Shown: piece after piece, positions 11,552 to 22,497 of the stretch
Layout of the letters: each line of letters opens with the position of its first letter
How positions within the stretch are numbered: position 1 is the stretch's first letter
NCBI RefSeq assembly: GCF_006345805.1
Contig: NC_042999.1
Location: 136,462,001 to 136,526,000, forward strand
Reading direction: 5' to 3'
DNA from: Octopus sinensis
Taxonomy: Eukaryota
Length of the DNA stretch: 64,000 bases
Position numbers and translations under genes: made by a program
Notes under the pieces: generated by a model
What the model was told of the DNA's origin: nothing
What the model saw: only the letters and a program-made list of their open reading frames with translations
Databases searched by the model: none

Positions 11552-14190
11552 CCGTCCTGCGGTATTCTACCCACAAATGCTCAACCTACAACCAAATTCG
11601 ATGCCATATATTGCAAGCTGAGCCTATCTGAGTTTTGCCTGCCCGTGTTGGCTGTCTACAGGCCGCCTCTAGCCGACCCCCAGGACGATGCTCATCTACT
11701 CGAGGCGATAAGATTCGTTTCAGCTTCGCATGACTGCTTGGTACTAGGCGACTTCAACGTTCCCACGATCGATTGGCCCGCATCAATTTGTACAACATCT
11801 TCCCGGTTCGGCCAGGCCCTTCTTGACGTGGCTGAAGATTGTTTTCTCTCGCAACATGTTGAATATCCGACAAGGCATCGGTCTGGACAGCAGCCATCTA
11901 TGCTAGATCTGGTATTCTCCCGCTATCCAAGATCAGTGTCAGACGTATCTGTGTGCGCCCCTCTTGCCAAGAGTGATCATGCGGTCCTGAAGTTCGTCAT
12001 GCACACAACTTTTTCCACGCCCACGATTACTTCGCTGCCACGTAGAGTCTTCTCTGCAATTAATCTTGAAATTCTAACCGAGGCTTCCGCGCTTCTGGAC
12101 TGGCGTTCCCTGATGACGTTGTCCTCAGTTGACGAACTATGGTCATCCCTCAAAGCATATGTAATCTGTTTGACTGACCAGGCAGTTCCCGTTGGACTTC
12201 CCAAGAGGAAGAAACACGAGCCCTGGGTGACGAAGAAGGTTAAACGAGAACGTCGACTCAGAGATATTGCTTGGGCTGAATTCAAAAATCTGGATTCGAC
12301 TGCAGCTTTTGAGGTGTACAAAACTCAACGAGACCGAGCCGTGAAAATTGAAAAGAAAGAACGCTTCAGTTATGAATACAAAATCGCGGCAAATGCCAGT
12401 AGCAATCCAAAAACCTTCTTTGCCCATGTCCAGCGGAATTCCTGCTTGAACAACCAGATTGCAACGTTGGTAGACTCAACAGGCGTATCGATTGAGGACC
12501 CTTATCAACAGAGTCAATTATTTGCCGAGGCTTTTTCAACTATTTTCAAACAAGATGATGGTCGTGAACCCCCTCCATTTGATAGATCGGTACCTCCAAT
12601 GCTTCGATTGATCATCACGCGGGACCAAGTCAAACGTGTTATTCAAGGCCTCGATGTCAACAAGGGTCACGGCCCTGACGGCATACACCCATGGGTTATC
12701 AAAGCGTTGGCTCCGGTCATCTGCGAGCCCTTAACACGACTATTCAATATGTCATTGGCGACGGGTGTTATACCTGCAGACTGGAGAACAGCGATAATCT
12801 GCCCAATTTTCAAGAAAGGGAGCCGCGAAGACCCGCTTAACTACCGACTGGTTTCCCTTACATCAATAATCAGCAAGATGTTCGAAACCATCCTTAAGAA
12901 AAGTATGATGCTCCACCTCCTAAACACAGCCTCGATCACTGATTCCCAACATGGCTTCGTGCCGAAGAGATCATGCTTGACCAACTTACTAGTAATGGAA
13001 GAATTGGTGACGCGCATCCTCGATGATAGTGATGCTGTTGACATCGTTTTATTGGACTTTGCCAAAGCTTTTGACTCGGTAAACCACCGCCTACTACTTG
13101 TCAAGCTTCAAGCATATAGTTTCCATCTGGATATTGTGCGATGGGTTGGTGCCTTCCTCTCAGATCGCTCCTTCCAAGTTCAAGTTAATGGTTCGCGGTC
13201 CGACGTCTCCAGTGCGAGCAGTGGCATGCCTCAAGGTTCAGTGCTTGGGCCCTTGTTGTTCTTAGTCTTCATAAATGACTTGCCCGACGACCTCACGCAA
13301 CACACCCTTCTATTTGCCGACGATATCAAACTGGTCGCTCCTCGCGGTAGTATAGAGGATCTTCGTCGATGCCTCCACCAAATTTGGAAGTGGTCTAACG
13401 ATTGGGACCTGTGTCTGAACGTGTCAAAGTGCTGTCATCTGCCTGTCGGCTCTACTCCTGCAACTCAACTTGATTTCGAGCCGGGTCGTCTGCTGCTGGA
13501 GAGGACCGATCAGGTAAAGGACCTGGGTATCTTGGTGGATTCCTCCTTTTCGCCTTCGGCCCAGTGCGTCCATGCTGCCAACAAAGCGCGCGGAATTCTG
13601 TTTTTGATTCAATGGTCATTCGGAATGCTCACAGCAGCCATATTCCTGCCACTCTATGTCACGCTGGTGAGACCCATATTGGAGTATGGGATTCAAGCCT
13701 CTTCTCCTTATCTCCTCAAAGACATACAGCACCTCGAAAGAGTCCAGAGGCTGGCTACCCGCATGGTTCATGGTCTCAAAAATTTGTCCTACGAAGAAAG
13801 GCTGAGGACGCTCGACCTTTATTCTCTTGAAAAACGCTGCTGCCGTGGTGATCTCATTCTCGCCCACAACATCATAAGCGGGAAGTGTAACCTCTCGAAA
13901 GAGCTGTTCTTCACTCCTGCTCCAGAGCGTCGGCTGCGGGGTCATTCCGAAAAGCTCTACCTGCGACGATTTCATCTCAATCGAAGGAGAGGGGCTTTCT
14001 CCGTCTGGGTTGCGGATCCGTGGAACAAGCTGCCAGACGAGATGGTGAAGATGCCGACGACCGCTTTGTTCAAAGCCTCCCTGGACCTCAAGTGGCCTGA
14101 ACTCTTTACATGAACACCACCCTGTACTTAACTCCATGTCCCCCTACATGGCCTTGCTATTTGCTTTTGAGCCAAATTAACTAACTAACT
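11552..14190 (+). mobile_element. CR1/L2-type (Jockey-group) LINE, 5'-truncated, with (TAAC)n tail
   Basis: Abrupt rise in GC and CpG content relative to the flanks, an EN-RT ORF, and a 3' UTR ending aattaactaactaactaac. Both junctions fall in an AAC/CAA run (caacaacaac|cgtcc ... ctaac|aacaacaatagc). Confidence 0.93.
11645..14113 (+). CDS. LINE ORF2: C-terminal half of APE endonuclease plus reverse transcriptase (822 aa)
   Basis: EN motifs VYRPP, LGDFNVP, LDLVF, SDH. RT motifs GPDGI, PIFKKG, QHGF, LDFAKAFDSV, GMPQGSVLGP, LFADD, KDLG. The frame stays open upstream of the annotated GTG back to the 5' junction (FDAIYCKLSLSEFCLPVLAVYRPP). Confidence 0.93.
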   Translation: MLAVYRPPLADPQDDAHLLEAIRFVSASHDCLVLGDFNVPTIDWPASICTTSSRFGQALLDVAEDCFLSQHVEYPTRHRSGQQPSMLDLVFSRYPRSVSDVSVCAPLAKSDHAVLKFVMHTTFSTPTITSLPRRVFSAINLEILTEASALLDWRSLMTLSSVDELWSSLKAYVICLTDQAVPVGLPKRKKHEPWVTKKVKRERRLRDIAWAEFKNLDSTAAFEVYKTQRDRAVKIEKKERFSYEYKIAANASSNPKTFFAHVQRNSCLNNQIATLVDSTGVSIEDPYQQSQLFAEAFSTIFKQDDGREPPPFDRSVPPMLRLIITRDQVKRVIQGLDVNKGHGPDGIHPWVIKALAPVICEPLTRLFNMSLATGVIPADWRTAIICPIFKKGSREDPLNYRLVSLTSIISKMFETILKKSMMLHLLNTASITDSQHGFVPKRSCLTNLLVMEELVTRILDDSDAVDIVLLDFAKAFDSVNHRLLLVKLQAYSFHLDIVRWVGAFLSDRSFQVQVNGSRSDVSSASSGMPQGSVLGPLLFLVFINDLPDDLTQHTLLFADDIKLVAPRGSIEDLRRCLHQIWKWSNDWDLCLNVSKCCHLPVGSTPATQLDFEPGRLLLERTDQVKDLGILVDSSFSPSAQCVHAANKARGILFLIQWSFGMLTAAIFLPLYVTLVRPILEYGIQASSPYLLKDIQHLERVQRLATRMVHGLKNLSYEERLRTLDLYSLEKRCCRGDLILAHNIISGKCNLSKELFFTPAPERRLRGHSEKLYLRRFHLNRRRGAFSVWVADPWNKLPDEMVKMPTTALFKASLDLKWPELFT

Positions 14191-14665
14191 AACAACAACA
14201 ATAGCAGCTGAATGCAATGTTGTACAATTTCGTACTGATTCTTGAATATTTCTATGTTAAAATTCAAATTATAGGTTAAACATCAATGAAATTAATATAA
14301 TTGTCAACTGTATAGATTATGTATACTGCAACTATATTCTTTCAAAATTATCAGAGCAAAGTGGATAAAGGTCATCTCTCTTAGCATTATTTAATTATTT
14401 CATCCATTTTTTATAATAATGATTTCTTTCATCTCTCAACATTATATAAAAAGCGATTTCATGGTCTAATCTGGTTGAAATTGATTCAAAATCATACAGG
14501 CATGACACAAACTGTATATGTTTTAGTTCTAATAATGGAATAGTTAAAACTTATAAAGCAGATGTGATTTTTAGTGGATTTTTTTTGCCAATAAATGAAG
14601 AAAATAGGACAACTGTCTTGACTAAATAGTTATACGCATGCATGCATGCATACATACATACATAC

Positions 14666-14697
<32 letters not shown>

Positions 14698-14902
14698 ATA
14701 TACATATATATATAGTCACTACGAGGATATATAAACCTCTTATGGGGATAGTTTCATCCAAGTTTCACTGGTTTAATATATTATATTGTTGAGAAATATC
14801 TGTTCAATTTAAAAATAGGTATACTATAAATATCAAATATTATTAAGTAAGAAAATGGAGAGAGTCAATGGATATAAATTAATTTACTAACATTTCTAAT
14901 AA

Positions 14903-15002
14903 GGCCTACAAGTGTTTCGATTCACACTCAGTACAAATTACAAACATATAGAATAAAATAAGTTTGCATTTTGAATATTTAGAGTAAAATATCTTCAGGG
15001 CC
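14903..15002 (-). ncRNA. Type-I hammerhead ribozyme-like motif (Penelope pLTR), copy 1
   Basis: Minus strand reads GGCC-CTGAAGA-tattttactc...gagtgtgaatc-GAAAC-ACTT-GTA-GGCC: stem I GGCC/GGCC, CUGANGA and GAAA cores, GUA triplet, imperfect stem II with a long loop. Confidence 0.55.
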
Positions 15003-15489
15003 AATGGACATTAAGAAAACTACATGTTGATCAAGTGAGATTCTCAACAGATTAAGTAGGTGAAAATATGTTTAATTTTGTGTGTATTCATAATTGTATT
15101 TAACTATAGTAATAAGATATATAAAATATAAGATATAAAATATAAAACAAATAAATAAAATAAAAAGTAAAAAATGAATAATAATAATAATAATAAATAT
15201 TCAGGCAAAAATAAAGATATACAGACAAAAATAAAAAATAATAAGAATAAAAATGAAAATACTAAAATAAATGTGATAAAAATGAAAATAAAATAAAAAT
15301 AAAATAAAATACATGTGGGTACGATAAAAATGAAAATTAAAATAAAAGATAAAATAAAAAATAATGATCATTCCTTGAAAAAGCAAGTCAAAAACAACAT
15401 AATCAAATCTATTTATAGATACATTCATAAGCATTTCAATAAATAATATAAATAAAATATAATAAAAGATAATGGATATAGTGAAATCA

Positions 15490-16160
15490 TTTATAGTAAG
15501 TTTATAAAAATCTTTTTAAAATTATATCTTTAATTAATTACAAAAAATCGTTTTAGAATTGTATCTTCAATTAATTACAAAAAAATGAGATGTTTTCTAT
15601 AACAATCCAGATATTTGTAAAAATGATGATAATCTACTTTCTTATGATAGAAGGAAAATAATTCATATTGGCTCCCTTTTTAACCAAAATAATATGTATA
15701 ATAAAAATGAAATTAAGGGAAATAATATAGGTAGAAATTCTATGATTAATAATGTAAATAATACTTGTGATTGTAGGATTAAGGATGAATATAGATTTAG
15801 TAATTATTGTAAGCAAAATAATCTAGTATATAGATGTATAGTTGAATCAGAAAATATAAAATACTATTATATTGGATCAACTGAAAATCCCATAAAAAGA
15901 AGAATTTCTAACCAGAAAAACAGTTTTAAAAACTGACAAAAAATGAAAAACACTAGTTTAAGCAAATTTATATGGGTGTTAAAAGACAATAATAAGAATT
16001 ATAAGCTTAAATAGGAAATTATAAGTCATGCCAGATCATATAAAATTGCTGATAAGAAGTGTGAGTTATGTATCAAAGAACTCTTCCGAATTCTAACTTC
16101 TGAACACAAACTCCTTAATTCACATCAAGAGGCAATTTGATCTTGTTTTTAGGAAGTATA
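15490..16160 (+). mobile_element. Penelope-like element remnant, GIY-YIG endonuclease domain
   Basis: CDCRIKDEY...CKQNNLVYRCIV...YYYIGSTENPIKRRISNQKNSF*...TSLSKFIWVLKD...*EII...SYKIADKKCELCIKE...LLNS, the PLE GIY-YIG consensus, with several stops. Confidence 0.88.
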
Positions 16161-16321
16161 ATTAGTAAAAATAAAACAATGCATAAATATAATATAGTAA
16201 GTATAACTAGTAAGTACGACTTGGTTTAAAATGTAGTATATAAGATATAAACAATATAAATAATATGAAAGATACAAAATATAAAAAATATAGATAATAT
16301 GAATAATATATAATATATATA

Positions 16322-16545
16322 TGGCCTAGTGGTTAGGGCAGCGGACTCGCGGTCGCAGGATCGCGGTTTCGATTCTCAGACTGGGCGTTGTGTGTGTTTA
16401 TTGAGCGAAAACACCTAAAAGCTCTACGAGGCTCCGGCAGGGGGTGGTGATCCCTGCTGTACTCTTTCACCACAATGGCGGTGCCCCAGCATGGCCACAG
16501 CTCAAGAGCTGAAACTGGAAAAACAAAAAAAACAAAAACAAACAA
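16322..16545 (+). mobile_element. tRNA-derived SINE, family C (young, CpG-rich, internally deleted)
   Basis: atggcctagtggttagggcagcggactcgcggtcgcaggatcgcggtttcgattc has A- and B-box-like motifs. A longer, older copy lies at 32131-32480. Confidence 0.85.
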
Positions 16546-17704
16546 AACACTTAAAGGTCTAATAAATAATAATATTAATTACTAATTTTAATTCATAAAT
16601 TTTATTAATTAATTGGCTGATATAGTTCATAAAATTTAATACAAAACATTGTAAACCTATCAACAACACTAATTTTGATGATGTAATACACTTAATCTCT
16701 ATTCATACTAAACTAAAATTGCATTCAACATAGTCATGTATAAGCTCATGTACACACACAAACATAACTATAGAAATAAATAATAACGCTAGACTATAAC
16801 TGATGGCTTTTATTTTCAAATAATTATATGCATATGCATATATAAATATATTTATTTATATTTTAATGGTAATCTTACCATCAAATATAAAAGATATTGA
16901 TGTCTAACTAATATAGCATTTTCTTTAGTCTCTTTAATGTATAAATACATGAACACCCACGTACACACCCACGTACACACCCACGTACACACCCACGTAC
17001 ACACACACACACACATAAATATAAACATAATAATACAAGACTATAACGGTTGACTTTTACTTTCAAATAATTATACATACAAGCATATATAAATAAACTG
17101 ATTTGATTTGATAGGCTTTTTACTAACATGCATATATACACGCAAACACATAAATTTAACATAGACAATGTACATCCACATTTATAATGGTTTTATTTCT
17201 ATTTTTATTTTATTTTTATCATTATTTTATTTTACTTTTTATTTTTACTTTTATTTTCATTTTTATCCTACCCACATGTATTTTATTTTATTTTTATTGC
17301 ATTTATTTTAGTATTTTCATTTTTATTTTTATTTTCATCTGTATATATTTATTTTTGCCTGACTATTTTTATTATTATTATTACTATTTATTTATTTTTA
17401 ACTTTTTATTTTATTTATGTGTTTTATATTTTATTCCTTATCTTATATATATATATATATATAAAATCCTTTGTCTCTCTGTCTGTTCCCAATGCATTTC
17501 CATACAGCTTGACCAAATCAAATCAAATTTTACATGGTAATACTATCAGACCTCATGAATGTTCACATTTTTCGGATTAAAACAATGAAGCAATGGCACT
17601 GGTTTCATATTATGTGTCAAAACTCAAACAATAAAAGTGAAAGAATAACATCTATATTGTAATGTAATACATTGTTTCACTTTTACATTTTTACTTTTAA
17701 TTCA

Positions 17705-18135
17705 AACTATGACAACATCACATTTTGTATATGACTGTTTTTCTAACTGTGAATGTATGTGTGTGAGTGTATGAGTGTGTCTCACAGTGTATGTGTCCTT
17801 CTGCATTAGGTACATTATTAAGTACACTATATGTTTTACGTTTATACATTTAATTTTAATTCCAACCACAACAGCGACAATGATGTCACATTTTGCATAT
17901 AACTGCCTGAGAATGTATGTGTGTGAGACACTGTGTATATGTCTCACAGTGTGTGTGTCTTTCTGCATTAGGTATGTTATTAAACACACTATATGTATGT
18001 GAGGACTGGTCAGTGTCAATACGAAATTTTATTTTCCTTTCCTTTAAAACAATATAACATTTCATAGAGATAATCTTTCTATTTACGGAGATGTACTTGC
18101 ATAGCAAGTGACTTGATCTGAGATCATGTGTTTGG

Positions 18136-18173
<38 letters not shown>

Positions 18174-18372
18174 ATCTTTGTTGGAAACTGGATCCCACTG
18201 CAGTGGAAGATATATAATAATTAAAAGATAGAAGAGACATACATATGTATATGCATGTATGCAAGCATGCACATTTACACATATACATACATGTATACAT
18301 ACACACACACATACATGCATGCATACATACATACATACATACATACATACATACATACATACATACATACAT

Positions 18373-18405
<33 letters not shown>

Positions 18406-19012
18406 TGTATATATCACAAACTAACTGTTACTTTCTCAGATGCAGCACAAAGTTTTGTCAGTGAACAGGTCGCACTTTCAAAGTGACGAAAATATTTTGA
18501 TACAAATAAAATTTAAATGTCGAAGTGAAGCTAACAGTTTTTGTGTGTTCTTGAATGGCTTACAGACATCCTTCATGCTGCAATCTTCCTATTGTCAACA
18601 GAATATTTTATACAACAACATCACATTTTGTATATGAGTGTGAATCTGTCTGTGAGTGTATTTGTTTAAGTATATGAGTGTATATGTGTCTCATAGAGTT
18701 TGTGCCTTTCTGTGTTAAGTACATCATTAAGCACACACATCTACACATACATATACATATGTAATGACCAACATGTGTGAATGTATGTCTCTGTATAGCT
18801 ATCTTAGTATATGTATGTGAGTGTATGTCAGGAACATTTTATACCACAACAACAATGACAATGTCACATTTTTTTATATGAATGTACATCTGTCTGTGAG
18901 TGTATGAGTGTGTATGTATCTGTAAGTGTGTGTGTTTCTGCATTACATACACTATTAAATACACACACATCTACACATACATATACATATGTGATGCCTG
19001 ATATGCCTGAAT
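17705..19012. repeat. Four degenerate copies of a ~150-200-bp local repeat
   Basis: Units begin (a/g)tcacatttt...atatga at about 17717, 17885, 18618 and 18863, and share tttctg(c/t)(a/g)tta(g)...catta.taa.cacac. Confidence 0.7.
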
Positions 19013-19427
19013 GTATGTATGTGAAACTCTTGAAAACAAACAATGAGCTGGCAGGGTCCAAGATACATATAAAAATACACATCTACTGTTCCATTACCAG
19101 TTAATAATTATTGCAGCAGTTGCAAGGTTGCAAGGTATTTACAATTGCATATTTACCCTTACATTAAGAAATTTATCCTATATATATAATTTTTGTCTCT
19201 CTGTAATAATTATTGTGGCATTTACTGTAAAATTACTAGTTCCATACACATGCTTCTATTTCATTCATTTGCTTATATCTTGTTAATTGACACTGCATAC
19301 AAAAATACAGACATACTATATACATTATGCTTTATTTTTACAAGTACATCCCGTTACCTACCTAGTAATATTTCTGCACAATTGATTAACCTTTAGCTAT
19401 CTCTATTCTGTTTGACTCTGTCTATTC

Positions 19428-19650
19428 CAGCCTCACGTCTCATGTTAAATATATATATAATTCTATAGTTCCTCTTATCGATGTTCAAGATAAATTTCAG
19501 CCTCACATCTAGTGTTAAATATATATATAATTCTATAGTTCCTCTTATCGATGTCCAAGATAAATTTCAGCCTCACGTCTCGTGTTTGATATATATATAA
19601 TTCTGTGGTTCCTCTCAATTATCGATGTCTAACATAAATTTAGCTCACAT
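19428..19650. repeat. 70-bp minisatellite, about 3.2 copies
   Basis: cagcctcac starts recur at 19428, 19498 and 19568. Unit: cagcctcacgtctcatgttaaatatatatataattctatagttcctcttatcgatgttcaagataaattt. Confidence 0.92.
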
Positions 19651-19794
19651 ATCTCCCCTAAATCTGCAAAATCTCTCTCTCTCAATTAGGTCGCTTATAC
19701 CTACTACTAAGTATTCCTTTTCCAAGAAATGAGAGGCGCCCCTTCATGGCTGCTAGTTTTCACAGTGTACCCACCCTCCCACAAAACACAAAAC

Positions 19795-20310
19795 TCTACT
19801 TGTGAAGACCTGTTGAGGCAAGTGAGAATCAGAATCAAAATCGAAATCGATCAACATCAATGGAAATTGTAGCTGTGATACCAGTGTCGGTGGCACGTAA
19901 GCGAACCGTCCGAACATAGCCGTTGCCAGCCTTGCCTGGCCCCCGTGCCGGTGGCACGTAAGTGAACCATCCGAACATAGCCATTGCCAGCCTCGCCTGG
20001 CCCCTGTGCCAGTGGCACGTAAAAAGCACCATCCGATCGTGGCCATTGCCAGCCTCACCTGGTCCCTGTGCCGGTGGCACATAAAAAGCACCATCCAACC
20101 ATGGCCATTTGCCAGCCCCGTCTGGCACATAAAAAGCACCCACTACACTCACGGAGTGGTTGGTGCTAGGAAGGGCATCCAGCTGTAGAAACATTGCCAG
20201 ATCAGACTGGGCCTGGTGCAGCCTTCTGGCCTCCCAGACCCCAGTTGAACCGTCCAACCTATGCTAGCATGGAAAGCGGATGCTAAATGATGATGATGAT
20301 GATGATGATG
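19795..20310 (+). mobile_element. RTE 3' UTR-derived element with four to five tandem ~60-bp units and (GAT)n tail
   Basis: Begins acttgtgaagacctgttgaggcaagtgagaatc, matching 24802-24835, and follows the same architecture as the 3' UTR of the RTE at 24732-25365. Confidence 0.9.
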
Positions 20311-20599
20311 AATTCATTACTACATATTCTCATGGGACCGCATAGGCTCACTTTATGTTTCTTATTCTACAGCCATACCTGCAATCCAATGTCAACCCTT
20401 TGCCTTCTGCAACATTTCAACAGTTCACTTCCCTGTTGCCATCTCCCATTGCAGCCCATTTCTGGAATGTAGACATTTATGTACAATATCTCCATTACAT
20501 CTCCATTCATTTGACTGTCAACCATATGATGGGTCATGTTAGACACAGCACTGACCACCTCAAAGGCAAGTATATCCACTGACTGCTTTTCAGTGGGTT

Positions 20600-20829
20600 C
20601 AAAAATTACATCACCCCAACTCCCAATTTTCTATGATAGGTTAAAGCATGAAATCCTCCAAATGGACGTATTACATGTTACTTAGTCGAATTAGACCATC
20701 ATTTACTCCACAAATGTTTTGTCATCATTGCTGCACTTTCCCATATCACCTGTTTCAACATAACTGTAATATATATATATTCAAACTATACCATTTTAAT
20801 CCAGAGCAACGCCAGGTATCTCTGCTAGT
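20600..20829 (+). mobile_element. Possible Helitron 3' terminus
   Basis: ccagagcaacgccaggtatctctgCTAGt resembles a CpG-decayed short hairpin followed by CTAG|T. Confidence 0.35.
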
Positions 20830-20964
20830 ATTTTATATATCTTATTGCTATATTTAAAGAAAATTAACACACACACATACACACAAAAAATTAAACATAT
20901 TTTCATCTACTTAGTCTGTTGGAGAACCTCACTTGATCAACATGTAGTTTTCTCAATGTTCATT

Positions 20965-21064
20965 GGTCCTGAAGATATTTTACTCAAATTATTCAAAATG
21001 CAAACTTATATAATTCTATATGTTTGTAATTTGCATTGAGTGAGAACTGAAACAATTGTAGGCC
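20965..21064 (+). ncRNA. Type-I hammerhead ribozyme-like motif, copy 2 (same family as 14903-15002)
   Basis: GGTC-CTGAAGA-tattttactc...gagtgagaact-GAAAC-AATT-GTA-GGCC, with palindromic stem III CAATTG. 20903-21072 is highly similar to the reverse complement of 14895-15065. Confidence 0.55.
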
Positions 21065-21805
21065 TTATTAATAATTATATATATTTATATATGCGTTTGT
21101 GTGGTGTGTGTGTGTGTCTTGTTTATATACATACATGCATATAAATAGATACACGTGTGTGTGTATGTGTGTATGGGATGTTTAAGAAGTTTGCTTCCCA
21201 GTCACATGGTTTTAGGTTCAATCCCATTGCATGAGCAAGTGTCTGCTACTATTGCCCAGGGTCAACCAAAACCTTGTGAGTGGATTTGGCAAATGGAAAC
21301 TGAAAGAAGTCCATCATATATGCATGTATGTATATACATATGTGTGTGCATGTGTGTGTGTGTATGCGTGTGTGTGTGAGTGTGTTTGTGTCTCCTTGTC
21401 TTCAAATCATCATCGTCTTCATCATTATCATTTAGTGTCCATTTTCCATGCTAGCATGAGTTAGATGGTTAGACTAGAACTGATAAGCCAGAAAACTGCA
21501 TCAGACTTCTGTCTATTTTGGCTTTGTTTCTATGGCTGGATACCCATCCTAGTGCCAACCACTCCATAGAGTGTACTAGGTGCCTTTTATGTGTGATTGT
21601 TATAAATTAACAATTGTCAGTCATTTACAATATTCTATGAAAATATGTCTGGCCATGGAGAAATTACCTTGTTTGGAAACAGAAAATGATTGGAAACAGG
21701 TGAAGGTTGGCATAAGGAAAAATCTATAGAAAAAACTGTAGAAAAATCTGCCTCATTAAAACCCCCTCCAACCCATGCAAGCATGAAAAAGTGGACATTA
21801 AAACA

Positions 21806-21843
<38 letters not shown>

Positions 21844-22275
21844 GATGATACATTAGGCAAAACAAATTATTATATTAAAATCTTATTTTCAATAATTACT
21901 AAACAATTATTAATAATTACTGAAAAATTATCATTGTAAAACATTAATTATAACTGATATTATTGTAGAATGAAAAATTATAATTATTAATAATTGCAGA
22001 GAAATAAAATAAACATATTATAATGATATAACGTTGTTTTTCTCAAAGTTTGATATGATGCTGTAATGAAAAAGCAAGCAGCAAATAGAGAAGTAAGTTG
22101 GATGAAGTTAGTTGCATATGATCCATTAAATATATCATATGCTCTTAAGAGATTAACTAAATGTAAGTCATAGCTTCATAGAAATATAACTTCACATTAA
22201 TCACAACATCCAATGGTTTATTCTGATTGCTTTTATAGTTGTTGTTGTTTTTTCTTCTTGTTATCATAATAGATA

Positions 22276-22470
22276 CAGGCATGGCTGTGTTGTAAGAAGT
22301 TTGCTTCCCAACCACATGGTTTTGGGTTCAGTCCCACTGTGTGGCACCTTGGGCAAGTGTCTTTTACTATAGCACTGAGTTGATCAATGCTTTGTGAAAG
22401 GATAGAATCAATGAAAACTGAAAGAAGCTTGTCATATAAATTTATATATGTATATGTATGTAAATTATAT
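22276..22470 (+). mobile_element. tRNA-derived SINE, family B (5' part)
   Basis: acaggcatggctgtgttgtaagaagtttgcttcccaaccacatggttttgggttcagtccc; compare the full copy at 37448-37850. Fragments also at about 2845-2995, 6160-6240 and 21178-21400. Confidence 0.8.
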
Positions 22471-22497
22471 ATAAATCAATATATACATGCATTAATA

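Larger units (their letters stand above)
15103..17450. repeat. ~270-bp AT-rich inverted repeat pair (about 15103-15370 and 17190-17450) bracketing a Penelope remnant
   Basis: tcaggcaaaaataaa...gaaaatactaaaataaatg...aaaatacatgtgggta at 15200-15325 is the reverse complement of tacccacatgtatttt...catttattttagtattttc...tttttgcctga at 17268-17362. Confidence 0.85.

Noticed and set aside
13616-14137. 173-aa minus-strand ORF, and the other antisense ORFs within 11977-13612 and 22476-24487
   Set aside because: Shadow frames of GC-rich LINE coding sequence with no independent motifs.
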